From an uncultured Planctomycetaceae bacterium (GTDB lineage Bacteria > Planctomycetota > Planctomycetia > Isosphaerales > Isosphaeraceae), in assembly GCA_963833985.1 (NCBI GenBank), contig CAWIAD010000002.1:3008001-3072000 (forward strand): DNA of 64,000 nucleotides, written 5' to 3'. A program made the translations under genes and the position numbers. Shown here piece after piece: positions 10,502 through 20,944 of this stretch. The notes under the pieces were generated by a model. That model ran no database searches and had not been told where the DNA came from. It saw only the letters and a list, made by a program, of their open reading frames with translations. Each line of letters begins with the position of its first letter. The stretch's first letter is position 1.

Positions 10502-12656
10502 TCACTCTGCGTCGATGAGCACCCCCTGCTCGCGCAGCTTGCTCCGTTCGGCCGCCGAGAGACTCCGGCGGCGGAGCAGGACGACGGATTCGCTGAGACG
10601 TTCGACCTCCTTCCTGAGCACCGCCACAACCCGGTCAGCCGTTTCGGCATCAGGGCAGCGGATGATCGTGCCGGTCGACACCTTCGCCCTGCGGACCCAG
10701 CCGCACCAGTCGCTGACCTGGCGAAGTACGTTGGCGGGGACATCATTGCTGGCCACGCCCTGGAGCCGGCCAATGATCTCCGAGGGCGACATGCCTTGCG
10801 CCACGGCCCGGACCAGGGATTCCCGTGTCAATCGAAGCGTGAGGGCCCCGTGACCGCCGTGCTTCTCACGATCACAGAAGGGGACCAGCTCGGCCGCAGG
10901 AGCCATATCAACTCCAATGACGATGATGCTGAAATCCGGCTGGACCACCACGCGCGTCTGAGATGGCGCCGGTGTCGACGTCTCGGCCGCCGCCGGCTTG
11001 CGACCGAAGTAGGCGTCGAGCCGGGGCGTGCGGGCAACGCACAAGATATGTCTGGCCGTGACGGCCGTCTGCACGCAGCCCAGCGGAATCAGCCGCTTGT
11101 GGAAGAGAGCCGCCAGCATGGACCGGGCTACCTCCTCCCTGCGCTCGAACAGGGGCGGGACGTGCCGGGAAGCCACAAATACGTTGACCTCTTCATGGCT
11201 CTTCCGCCCGAGCAGAAGAGGATTGAACTCGCCGAAGACCAGATGGCCCAGGAGATCCTCCAATGCGTGAAAGACCCCTGGCTGCATCATCTCAAGAGAA
11301 CGGAACATCGAATCGCGGAGCGCCTGGTGGTCGCCGGTCCGGACCTGGCGGCGTTTCGGTTTCTCGTCCCCGCGGACTGGCACGGCGGACACGTCATACG
11401 CCAGGAACCGGAAGTCGGCGCCGAAGCCGTGGTACTCGCCGTCAAGAAGTGAGAACAACTCCAGGCCTTGATTGACGTCGCCTTGTTCGGGTTGGAGAAG
11501 GGGCAATTCATAGACCGCCTCGTACTGTGCCTCAAGACTGCTGGAAAGCCAGGCCCTTCCCCGGGGAGAGACCTCCAGACGCCGCGGCACGGATTGCTTG
11601 ATGTCGCTCACCAATTCCAGAAGCCGCGCCCATCCGCCGGCCTGGGAGAGCCGCCTGTCAAAGGTCAGCTTCAGGGCATGGACCAGATCCAGGGGGTATG
11701 GCGTGAACCCGCCCAGGATCCGATCCATGTCCTTCTGATAGATCTGGCCGTCCTGCCGCAACCTGGCCGGCTCGACAAGCATTTCCAGCAAGAAGGCTCG
11801 CAGATCGTCCACCACGAACCCTGCTTCCGGCCCGTAAACCTCGAGCTGACTGGCCACGGCCAGCGGTGGACGCGCGCGGGGCTGAAGCGCACGCGCCATG
11901 CCCGCGCGCACGATGGGCAACAGCCCGATGACGATCTCCAGAGTTGCCGGGTCGAGATCCTCGAACAGAACCAGGCAAGCCTTCAGGACATCAAGGGCTT
12001 CCTGGAGCGCGGGGGCCGGCACGTCGGGCAGCTTCGCAACAATCCGGTCGCGCGTGAGCGGGCCGTTCGCCTCGCGCAGCACCTGGAGAACTTGAGGCGC
12101 AGACGGGGTTCTGGAGCCATCCGGAGACCCATTCGGGCCAGCGATGACTGGCCACGTAATTTCCCACGATCTCCTCAAACTCGAGATACTCATCGATGCC
12201 GACTTCCTGGAGCAGAGTGTCGACGATCACATCCGCCCCCATGTTGGAGGCGTCGCTCACGTAAGCTTGCAGCAGCGTCGGATTCACCTTCCGGAGCAGG
12301 TGATACCGGTCGAGTGCGCGCACATGCTCCAGGAACTCGGAACTGAGCAGCGTCGCGAAGACCCGATCACGCGGTTTGCCGAACCGCTCGCTCTTCCGCT
12401 CCACCAATCCGGCCGCTTCCAGTTCCTGAAGCACTTCGGGAGCGAAGATGTCAGCGCTTGCGCCCTGCGCAGGGCCGGTCGCGCGCCGGGAACGATCCTG
12501 CGCCGGCACCTCGTTCAGATAGGCCAGCCGGGCCGCTGGAGACAGCTTCTGCCACGCGGCCTCGCAGCGCCCCAACTGCTTGGCACTGTCAGCCCGGAAC
12601 GGAAAAGCAGACATGATCCAGGACCGCACTTCCTTCCAGCCGGTGGTTCTGGACAT
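10502..12656 (-). CDS. Helicase-associated (XPB/Ssl2-type, Helicase_C_3-like) domain protein; frameshift near 12106
   Basis: C-terminal 'VVQPDFSIIV...LRLTRESLVRAVAQGM...VPANVLRQVSDW'; ORFs 11991..12656 and 10502..12193 join at a C run. Confidence 0.75.
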
Positions 12657-12765
12657 GACGTCTGGCCGCCTCCATCACTCTGGACAAGCCGGGTTTCCCC
12701 GCGCCACAATCGGGCAAGTCGCAACGCTGAACACCCACACCGAAAATACCAGCGGAGTTCCGTGC

Positions 12766-12993
12766 ATGGCCACTGAAGAAGAACGCAAGCACGCTTACAA
12801 GGCATTCAAGAAGCGGCTCAAGCTGATGCGTCTGGACGATCAGTCCGGGCTGAGCCCCGGCAGCAAGACGTCGCGCATCGGCGGCATCACGCCGCCTCCG
12901 GGCCATCCCGCCGGCGTCTGGGATGAGCTCGTGGCCGAGGGCAAGCTCAAGCAAGAAGGGCACGGCATCTATTCGATGGCCAACGAGATCTGA
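12766..12993 (+). CDS. Small basic hypothetical protein
   Basis: GGAG RBS; 'AYKAFKKRLKLMRLDD...VWDELVAEGKLK'; codon usage fits the host. Confidence 0.75.
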   Translation: MATEEERKHAYKAFKKRLKLMRLDDQSGLSPGSKTSRIGGITPPPGHPAGVWDELVAEGKLKQEGHGIYSMANEI

Positions 12994-13059
12994 GCAGGTC
13001 CGCGGAAGTCTTTGGGCAGGATTGCCGTTCGCTTGCCCCGGCGGCTCAGGGCCCTGCCT

Positions 13060-13240
13060 GGCCGCTCTCCTCGTGGGGTACGATTCCAATCGTGCCATGC
13101 CATTCTCGTGGGGCACGATTCCGATCGTGCCATTCCTGGTCCATCAGATAAAAGAAGTGACACGATCGGAATCGTATCCCACGAGGAGGAGAGGATGGAA
13201 GAAGCGACACGAATGGTATCGTGGCCCACAAAGAGCGGCC
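13060..13240. repeat. Cluster of four REP-like palindromes (GTGGG..ACGATTCCRATCGTG), two direct and two inverted
   Basis: Copies at 13070-13098 and 13105-13133 (+), 13157-13185 and 13204-13230 (-); bracketed by GGCCGCTCT/AGAGCGGCC; located between convergent genes. Confidence 0.85.
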
Positions 13241-13347
13241 TCCTGGTCATCCAGGATCGCATCAACCCGCTGAATGCCTGTCAAGGAACCATTGCAAACC
13301 TGCTGAACAGCCGGCACGCCACCAGCCTCCGACATCGTGGGGGGTGG

Positions 13348-13800
13348 TCACGGTGCTTCTGGCTGGGGCATGTCGCTGGTGCGGATCAGCTCGCCCCAGG
13401 CGCGGAGGTAGGCCACCAGGCCGTCGAACCGCCAGCCGCCATCCTCCGGGATGAACTGGAACACCGCGCCCACGCGGTTGGTCGGGCAGATCCAGACGTT
13501 CGGCCCATCACGCCAGGCCTGGAAGTTCTTGTTGATGGTGCGCGGCAGACCGGCAATGCCTCCCTCGGGTCCGAACGCCAGCTCGTGAGCGGCAAGGTAG
13601 CGCCGGGAACAGAGCTGGCGCGCCATGCCCAGGCGGTCGGCCTCCGGCAGATCGGTCTGGTCGCCCAGGCTCACCAGCTCCGAATAGACGCGCACGGCCT
13701 CACGCACCGGCCGGGTCGCCGCAATCTCGTAAGCCAGGCCGGCACAGGCCACGATCACGATTGTCCCGATGATGAGCTTCAGGCGGGTGCGGTGCTGCAT
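13348..13800 (-). CDS. Hypothetical protein with N-terminal TM anchor
   Basis: 'LIIGTIVIVACAGLAY' segment; co-oriented with the GTPase operon. Confidence 0.7.
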   Translation of the reverse strand: MQHRTRLKLIIGTIVIVACAGLAYEIAATRPVREAVRVYSELVSLGDQTDLPEADRLGMARQLCSRRYLAAHELAFGPEGGIAGLPRTINKNFQAWRDGPNVWICPTNRVGAVFQFIPEDGGWRFDGLVAYLRAWGELIRTSDMPQPEAP

Positions 13801-13864
13801 CGGCGTTCCTGGTTCTTTCCTTTCGGGCAATGGACAGGCAACAGGCATGGTCGCTGGCTTCATT

Positions 13865-15346
13865 TCATTTCCTGAGCCGCTTCTTGAGGTCGTCCCGCAG
13901 GCGCTCGATGACCGAGTCGGTCTTGGCCTGCACGAGCAAGTGCTGGACGACGGTCTTGATTCCCTTGGGTCCCCACTGGCAGCCCTGGCGGAGGTACGTA
14001 CTGGCGCCGTGCCCGATGACGTATGAGGTCGACGCCGCGGCCGCGGCCTGGGTGATCCCGATGGCCCCGTAGCCCAGGGCCGTGAGCGGGCCGGCCAGGC
14101 CGCCGGTCATGATGGTCAGCCCCGCCATCGCCGACTTGACCCCGCTGGCGACCAGGCGGGTCGCTACCTGGAGCAGGCCCATCGCCCCCAGCGCGATGCT
14201 CATGTCGCGCACCAGCTTGATGGCCGAGGTCCTCGTGAGCGGAATGCCATAGACCCGGGACAGTGACAGGATCATCGCCACGTCCACCGCCACGCCGCCG
14301 GCCAGGTCGGCCACGGGAATGGGGTTGATGCCCACCGCCGCACCCTTGGCCAGCGAGAAGTTCCAGATCAGCCGGTTCGCCGCCTCGTCGCGAATCCGCA
14401 CCTTGCGGCGGACGATCTCCTCGTGCAGGTCGCCGGCCAGAAGCAGCGTGTTCAGGGCCACCAGCGCCTTACCCTCGCGCTCGAGGACGTCGAGGATCCT
14501 CGCCTTGAGCGGCTCGATCACCGGCGCGGGGCGTTCCCAGATGATCTTCGACGTGCCGTCGGGCTCCTGGATCTTGATTCGCACCGGGTCCGGCCGGGCC
14601 GCGGTCAGCACGATGTCCTCCGGCCGGATGAGCCCTTTCACGCGCTCGTCCTCAAGCTTGGCGTGGATCTGCTGGCGGTCGGCCTCGGGATAGCGGTCGA
14701 TCTGGTTGAATACCAGGAGGATCGGCTTCTGGTGCGACCGGAGCTGTGACAGCGCCTGAACTTCCCTGCGCTGCATGTCGCCGGAGATGATGAAGAGAAT
14801 CAGGTCCGCCGTCCGGGCCACCTCGCGAGCGAGGATCTCCCGGACCTCGCCGGCCACCTCGTCGATGCCCGGCGTGTCCACAAGGACAAGCCTGGCCTGG
14901 TTCAGCCCCGCGGAGCCCGTGGCCCCCTCCTCCCAGCGCTGGGCCAGCCGCGAAGTCGTGGTGCCATGCGTGGCGCCGACCTCGAACACGTCGCGGCCGA
15001 GCAGGGCATTGAGCACCGACGACTTGCCCCGGCTCACCATGCCGAAGGCCGCGATCTCGATCGTCGTCTCGTCCAGCTTCTTCGTCAGCTCGCGGAGCTG
15101 AGCAATCTCCGTGGCAAGCGCTTTTTCCTCCTCGGGCGTGAGCTTGAGCCCGGCGAGCGTCGTTTCCAGGCTGTCGCGGGCACGTATGACGGCGTCGGAG
15201 GAGTCCGCTCCGGTGTGGTTTGGCGGGAGTTGCGCGGACGGTCTTGGTGCAGGTCCCGCAGCCGGCGGCGCATCACCCGGCTGGGCCGCGGCCTGGTCCG
15301 AGTTGTCCGGGGTTGGCTCGGTCTCAAGCTCGGCCATCAAGGGCAT
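13865..15346 (-). CDS. Era-like GTPase with C-terminal DUF697 (YcjF-like)
   Basis: G1 GMVSRGKSS, G3 DTPG, G4-like NQID; 'INPIPVADL' DUF697 motif. Confidence 0.88.
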   Translation of the reverse strand: MPLMAELETEPTPDNSDQAAAQPGDAPPAAGPAPRPSAQLPPNHTGADSSDAVIRARDSLETTLAGLKLTPEEEKALATEIAQLRELTKKLDETTIEIAAFGMVSRGKSSVLNALLGRDVFEVGATHGTTTSRLAQRWEEGATGSAGLNQARLVLVDTPGIDEVAGEVREILAREVARTADLILFIISGDMQRREVQALSQLRSHQKPILLVFNQIDRYPEADRQQIHAKLEDERVKGLIRPEDIVLTAARPDPVRIKIQEPDGTSKIIWERPAPVIEPLKARILDVLEREGKALVALNTLLLAGDLHEEIVRRKVRIRDEAANRLIWNFSLAKGAAVGINPIPVADLAGGVAVDVAMILSLSRVYGIPLTRTSAIKLVRDMSIALGAMGLLQVATRLVASGVKSAMAGLTIMTGGLAGPLTALGYGAIGITQAAAAASTSYVIGHGASTYLRQGCQWGPKGIKTVVQHLLVQAKTDSVIERLRDDLKKRLRK

Positions 15347-16670
15347 TCCTCATGCGTTCGTGGACATCGTGGGTCCAGGACTCACATAGCCGTGCCAGTC
15401 CGAGCAAATCGCGATCCGCGCCGGGCCGGCCGACAAGCTGGATACCCAGGGGAAGACCCTGCCGGCAAAAACCGACAGGGAAGCAGACCGTCGGAAAACC
15501 GAGATAACTCCAGGGCGCCTGGAACACGGGATCCCCGGTCGTCGAACGGTCCGGTGCGGGACCGATCGCCGCGGGAATGACGAAGCCATCCGCATCCCCC
15601 AGGAGCGCGAGCATGCGGGTGACAGACTCTGCCTTCTGCCAGCGGGCCAGCGCCACGTCCGCGTCGCGATAGCTTTCCCCTTCGCGAATGAGTTCGGTGA
15701 TCCGCGGCGGATAGGCTTCCGGATAGAGTGCAAGCCGATGCCGATGAACCGAGCTCGCCTCACTCGCCATGATCATCCTGTGGCTCGTGAGCAGGGTCTC
15801 GAACAGGTCGGGTGCCTCCCGCTCCCCGACGCGGGCCGCACCCCAGCCTTCAAACCACTTCAGAAACGCCCCCATCGCCCAGCGCATCTCGGCGTGGGCA
15901 CGGTCGTCGAAGAACCCGGCCAGGCGGACTAACTGCACAGGACTGCGCTCCGGATATCGCGCTTCCAGCGGCTGTTCCTCCAGGCCCTGCAACGCCTCGT
16001 AGATGATCCTCAGGGCGCCCACGTTGCGAGCGAGGGGCCCAGGATGGTCAAGACTGGGAGCCAGCGGATAGATTCCCTCCGTGCTGAGCTGCCCGAAGCT
16101 CGGCTTCATCCCGCAGACACCGCAGAACGCGGCCGGCCGGATGATCGAGCCGCCGGTCTGAGTGCCCAGCGCGCCCAGGCACATGCCGCACGCGACCGCA
16201 GCCGCCGACCCGCTCGATGACCCGCCAGGCGTGCGATCCAGGTTCCACGGGTTGCGTGTGACGGGAGGATCAACCCAGGCGTAGGCCGTGGTCACCGTCT
16301 TGCCGAGGATCACCGCTCCTGCCGCGCGCAGCCGCGCGACGATCGCCGCATCGCGGTCCCTGGGCCGATCGTCGCCGCGCGGGGAGCCGCAGAGCGAGGG
16401 CATACCCTGGACGTCGATGATGTCCTTGACCCCGATCGGCATCCCGTGCATTGGCCCGCGGTCACGGCCGGCGTGCAGCTCGGCATCCAGCTCCCGGGCC
16501 CGAGCCAGGGCGCCATCCCGGTCCACACGCACCCAGGCCCGCACCTCGTGCTCGCGCCGATCGATCTGATCGAGGCAGTTTTGAAGGATCTGGACGCACG
16601 TCGTTTCGCCGAGGCGCAGGCGGCGGGCCGTGCCGGCGATGGTCCCAGAATCTTCGGGAAGGAGCCTCAT
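15324..16670 (-). CDS. Amidase (amidase-signature family)
   Basis: GVKD, TPGGSSSGSAAAVA, GTQTGGSIIRPAAFCG. Confidence 0.93.
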   Translation of the reverse strand: MRLLPEDSGTIAGTARRLRLGETTCVQILQNCLDQIDRREHEVRAWVRVDRDGALARARELDAELHAGRDRGPMHGMPIGVKDIIDVQGMPSLCGSPRGDDRPRDRDAAIVARLRAAGAVILGKTVTTAYAWVDPPVTRNPWNLDRTPGGSSSGSAAAVACGMCLGALGTQTGGSIIRPAAFCGVCGMKPSFGQLSTEGIYPLAPSLDHPGPLARNVGALRIIYEALQGLEEQPLEARYPERSPVQLVRLAGFFDDRAHAEMRWAMGAFLKWFEGWGAARVGEREAPDLFETLLTSHRMIMASEASSVHRHRLALYPEAYPPRITELIREGESYRDADVALARWQKAESVTRMLALLGDADGFVIPAAIGPAPDRSTTGDPVFQAPWSYLGFPTVCFPVGFCRQGLPLGIQLVGRPGADRDLLGLARLCESWTHDVHERMRNALDGRA

Positions 16671-18257
16671 CGCGCCCCCTTCCGCGGCGATGAGACGGGG
16701 CCGGCGCTCGAGGAAGGTTGCAGCTTCTGGAGGATCCGGTGCACGAACTGCCCGGCGAAGTCCTGCAAAAACTCGGTCCGGCTGGTCTCCTCGAACTGGC
16801 GCAGCACCACGCTGTCAATTCCCCCCGCGCCCCAGGACTGCTCCTGGCGGAAGTACTCCAGGAACGCCTTGCCGGAGATGCGCGTCAGGTAGGCCATCGT
16901 CACCGCCTGGACCGCGCCGCCGGCCGCGAAGCCCACCAGCGAGCGCTTGAAGATGCCGGCGATCAGCGACGTGGCGGCCTCAATGAGCCCGAGCTTGAGC
17001 ACCGATTGCACCATCTGGCCTGCCAGCCCGCGCACCTGGCCTGCCGAGAGCTCCGCCCCCTGCACGCGCCAGCTCGGCGATCATCTCGAGCTGCACGGCG
17101 CCTCCGGAGAGGATGTCGAGCGCGGGAATCGGGTTGGCGAAGACCGTGGCCGCGGTGATCCACTGGTGCTGGTCCACGACCTCGATCGCTCGTCGCTCCC
17201 GCTCGCGGCGAAGCTGCTCCTGGGCCTCCTGCTCGAGCACCCGGCCGCGCACCAGCAGGTTCATGGCGTGCAGAAGTTTTCCCTCGCCGCGAAGCAGCTC
17301 GACCATCCGCGACAGGAGCCCGGCGATGTCCGGGTCTTCCTTCTCGATCACGGTCTCGAACGTGCCGTCCCCGCGCTGGATGCGGACCGGCAGGGGCCGG
17401 GGTGCGGCCGCCACGGCCACGATGTCCTCCGGCTCGATCACGCCGGAGAGCCGCTCGCGCAGCCTGGACCGGATCGCCGCCAGGTCGGCGTCGGGGAACT
17501 GGTCCTTCTTGTTGAGCACGACGATCGACCGCTTGCCCAGCCGGGCCAGCTCGACCAGGGGCGTATACTCGCTGCGGATCAGGTCATGATCCACCACGAA
17601 CAGCAAGAGGTCGGCACGCACCGCCAGGGACCGGGCCAGGGTCTCGCGCGCCTCGCCGCCTTCGCCGGCTTCGGACATGCCGGGCGTGTCGGTCAGCTCC
17701 ACGAGGGCGTCCACCGACCGGAGCTGATAAGTGTGCGCGGCACCCTCGAGTGTCGTTCCCATCACCGCTTCGGTCTTGCCGACCTCCTGGCCGATCAGGG
17801 CGTTGATCAGTGAGGTCTTGCCCGCCGAGACCGTGCCGAAGACGACGACGCTCAGCTTGTTGAGCTCCTCCTGCCGCTCGGCATGCAGCCGCGCGAGCTC
17901 GCGGGCAAGCTTGGCCCTTTGAGACGGATCATTCACCCGGTCGATGAATTCCCCGGCGCGTTCCGCCTGGAGCCGGGCGGACGCGGCCAGGGTGCCGGGT
18001 ACCGGCTCCGCCGCGGAACGCGACGCAGCATCGCTGCCGCGCCGACCGGGTCGCCGGAACCACCGACCCACGGCCAGGGGCGCGCCGAGCCCGACGGCCA
18101 ATGTCAGCAACAGTGCCGCTGGCAGACTCATGCCGCGGATCCAGGGACCGGACCGCCCCTGGTTCCCAGCGAGCACGACGACCCCGGCCGCCAGCAACAG
18201 CAGCGCCGCCGCGAGCAGAAGGTAGACGTAAGCGTTGCGCGTGCGACGGATGCTCAT
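16667..18257 (-). CDS. Membrane-anchored Era-like GTPase with DUF697; frameshift near 17066
   Basis: Two N-terminal TM segments, GTVSAGKTS, DTPG, NKKD, ANPIPALD; continues in ORF 16667..17065. Confidence 0.85.
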
Positions 18258-18605
18258 GCCGGCGGCCGCCTCCCCGGGCCAGTTGGTTGCGGCGTCATGA
18301 GCACGGCCAACCCCGACCCAGGCGCCCTTCTTCGATTCTGACGCCAGATGCCACGCAGTGGCTAGGGGTCTTCAGCAGGGCTCCAGCGCAGCAAGCCCGC
18401 GTCAGGGCGGACCCCAAGGAGCCAGACCCGGCTGGAGCATCCGTGGGACGAGCTTAAAACGAGCAAGGCGCTACGTCCCACCCTCGCTTCCCAGACTCTG
18501 TCGAGAGGCCCCATGGATGAGAATCTGATGATTCGTAATGGAATGCCATTGCCCTCTTGAGCCAGGGTGTCCGGCAAAGCAAACGGCCCTTACGGCTGGC
18601 GATCG
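18146..18605. repeat. 460-bp direct repeat, copy 1 (5' end of the GTPase gene plus upstream region)
   Basis: Matches 24285-24744 at a constant offset of 6139 with about 6 substitutions by eye. Confidence 0.95.
18365..18512. ncRNA. Candidate structured element (ncRNA or MITE/REP-like), 148 nt; identical copy at 24504-24651
   Basis: Closing stem GGGGTCTT..GCAGGG / CTCTGT..GAGGCCCC; inner stems GCTCCAGC/GCTGGAGC and GTGGGACG/CGTCCCAC; no family recognised. Confidence 0.35.
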
Positions 18606-19131
18606 CGTACCGGATCGATTCCTGAGACCTTTGCTCTCACCAAGCAGAGAACATGGCTCGTGGGAAAGTCGAAACTTCCGAGCATGGACCTCGCCGTGAG
18701 CGTAGCCATGGCCCGGATTCGAAGCTCAACGGCAACGACCCCGCGTTAATCATCGACTGCTTTGTTTACCCCTGGACCCCAACCGGCCCTATCGGCATGA
18801 TGAAGGCCAAGGGAGCCACGCGGCGGGATCACGGCCAGTCGGCGGGCAGGTAGTGGGCGTCGTTGATCCTGTTTTTGCCCGCGATGTTGCCGCACAGTCC
18901 GGCACGGTCGTGATCCGCGCCGTAGCCGGAAATGAGCGTGAAGTTCGGCTGGCCGGAGCCGCCGAGGAGGAAGGAAGTCGAGCCAGTGAGCATGCGGGCG
19001 AATCCTCTGCAATCGAAGTACAGGCACGTCCAGAGCTTGATCCATCCCGCGCAGTTTGCTCGCGATCAGACGAATGCCCCTTCGCCATCCGTGAGCACGC
19101 GGCGGAGGAGCCGGGTGCCTTGATCTCCAGG

Positions 19132-19584
19132 CTAATGGACTCCAGAGAGGGGCACGCCAACCGTTTGGGCGGCGGATTTCAGCTTGTCATCAAGGGTTGC
19201 CAGCGGCAATCCCCGCCGCATGGCCAGCTCCAGGTAGGCGGCGTCATGGGCCGAAAGATGATGATCGCGGGCAAGGTTCAACGTATTCCCGAACGCATGG
19301 GCCTTTGTTTCGTCATCGACGGCGATGGGGAGCGAGGACAGAAACCCAATCCAGGTGACCGTATTGGCCTGGGTTGACCGTTTACGGCGTTCTCCGACCA
19401 GCAGGGTGTTCGCCACCTCAAGATGCCAGAGATCGGGCACAAAAGCCTGCTCGCAAGCCAATGCGTCGAGCACGGTCTGCGAGTAGGCGTCCTGCTCGTC
19501 GGGGAAGCACCACGCCACGGAAACCGAACTGTCGATGACCAGCCCAGTCTCGGGCGCCTTGGCGGCTGTTTTCTTCCGGCTCAA
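19132..19584 (-). CDS. vapC: VapC-type PIN-domain toxin
   Basis: 'LVIDSSVSVAWCFPDE', 'LEVANTL', 'DAAYLELA...LATLD'. Confidence 0.92.
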   Translation of the reverse strand: MSRKKTAAKAPETGLVIDSSVSVAWCFPDEQDAYSQTVLDALACEQAFVPDLWHLEVANTLLVGERRKRSTQANTVTWIGFLSSLPIAVDDETKAHAFGNTLNLARDHHLSAHDAAYLELAMRRGLPLATLDDKLKSAAQTVGVPLSGVH

Positions 19585-19834
19585 GGCCGTCCCTCCTCGA
19601 TCATCTCCTTGATTTCGCGGGCCTTGAGAGAGCCGTGCTTGCGGGCATGGTCCTGGCTATAGGCCCGGAACTGGGCGATCACGGCGGATACGTCGTGGGC
19701 GGGCACGGCCTGGGCGGGGGACAAAACCGCGACAGGCTTGCCGCGTTTGGTGATGGTGATCGTTTCACCCTTCTCCACCTGGCTCAAGAGCGGGGCAGGT
19801 GCGTCTTGGCTTCGTAGCTGCCAACAGAGTTCAT
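19581..19834 (-). CDS. Phd/YefM antitoxin; 1-nt frameshift near 19792
   Basis: MNSVGSYEAKTHLP from ATG 19834 joins LSQVEKGETITITKRGKPVA; ATGA overlap with the toxin. Confidence 0.85.
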
Positions 19835-20308
19835 CTGGTACACTCCATGCATGAACTGGTCTAATGCACCTAGTCTAACCGATCTTGCCAAGCCGGTTTA
19901 ATCGCTGGCCCACCCTTCCGCGTACTCAACCAGTATCCTGAGCGTCGTCTGCACGTGGTCCGTCATGCCCAGCCCGGAAGGGAAATCAAGCGATGTGCTC
20001 TCGGCCTGGATTTGGTAGCCATGCGAACACCTCCTGGAAAAGGGACAGGGAAAGTCGCGATTGTGCCAAATGGCATGGAGCGGCAATCCACCCTGCGAAA
20101 CAGGTCCGTGACAGTTGGCATCCATCGCGAATAGTGCCAGCCCGACGCAAGTTACGACTCCTGGATCGGAGACAGACCGGGGCACCGTCGGACGCTTGTC
20201 CGGAGGCCGGGTGGCACTATTCCCCTTTAGCTTCCCATCACTCGCCGATCGCCAGTTTTCCTGTCACACTCGCAAAGCGTTCGGAGGTATTCTCTTCGGA
20301 GGCAGGAG

Positions 20309-20944
20309 ATGAGCATTCAAAACGATGACCGCGAGGCTGATGAAATGTTTCCCCTGCTCGTCGAGGCCGGTAAGGGAAATCGCGACGCCTTCGAGAAAGC
20401 ATTCAACCAGCACCGCGTGGAGTTGCGCCGCGTGGTTGCCCGGCGGCTGGACCGATCGCTACGCGGCCGCCTGGATCCTTCGGACATTGTCCAGGAAGCC
20501 CACCTGGAGGCCCTGGAACGTCTTCCGGAGTACATGGTACGCCGGCCGATGCCGTTTCGTGCCTGGATTTTCCGGACCGCGCTCCAACGATTGCTCAAGC
20601 TCCGCCAGCATGCTCTGGCTGCCCGCCGCGACGTCGGCCGGGAAAAGCCACTGCCCGAGCCCGCATCATCCGCGGGCATCCGGCCGATGCTGACGTCCGG
20701 CTTGACGCCCAGTCAGGACGCGGCGGCGCGTGAGCGGACGAACCGGCTGAACCAGGTACTTCACCAGCTCGCTCCAGCCGATCGGACCATCCTTGAACTT
20801 CGCACCTTTCAGGGGTTGTCTTACGAGGAAGTTGGCAATCGCATGGAGATTGATCCCGCGGCAGCGCGGAAGCGCTATGGGCGGGCGTTGCTGCGGCTTC
20901 GCGTCCTGCTCCTTGCCAACGGACTTACGGAGTCGCGACTGTGA
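20309..20944 (+). CDS. ECF sigma-70 factor, planctomycete STK-associated type
   Basis: 'LRGRLDPSDIVQE', 'FRAWIF', 'TPSQ', region 4 'LSYEEVG...AARKRYGRAL'; GTGA overlap with the kinase. Confidence 0.93.
   Translation: MSIQNDDREADEMFPLLVEAGKGNRDAFEKAFNQHRVELRRVVARRLDRSLRGRLDPSDIVQEAHLEALERLPEYMVRRPMPFRAWIFRTALQRLLKLRQHALAARRDVGREKPLPEPASSAGIRPMLTSGLTPSQDAAARERTNRLNQVLHQLAPADRTILELRTFQGLSYEEVGNRMEIDPAAARKRYGRALLRLRVLLLANGLTESRL

Noticed and set aside
13070..13230. Possible CRISPR array
   Set aside because: Repeats invert orientation, spacers are only 6-23 nt, and no cas genes are present; it fits REP elements.
18606..19130. Short ORFs between repeat copy 1 and vapC
   Set aside because: No recognisable motifs or consistent frame; probably gene debris.
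19898..20022. Micro-ORFs (MATKSRPRAHRLISLPGWA*, MTDHVQ...) behind a strong AGGAGGTG RBS on the minus strand
   Set aside because: Too short to assign; may be the truncated start of a lost gene beside the GGGACAGG motif.
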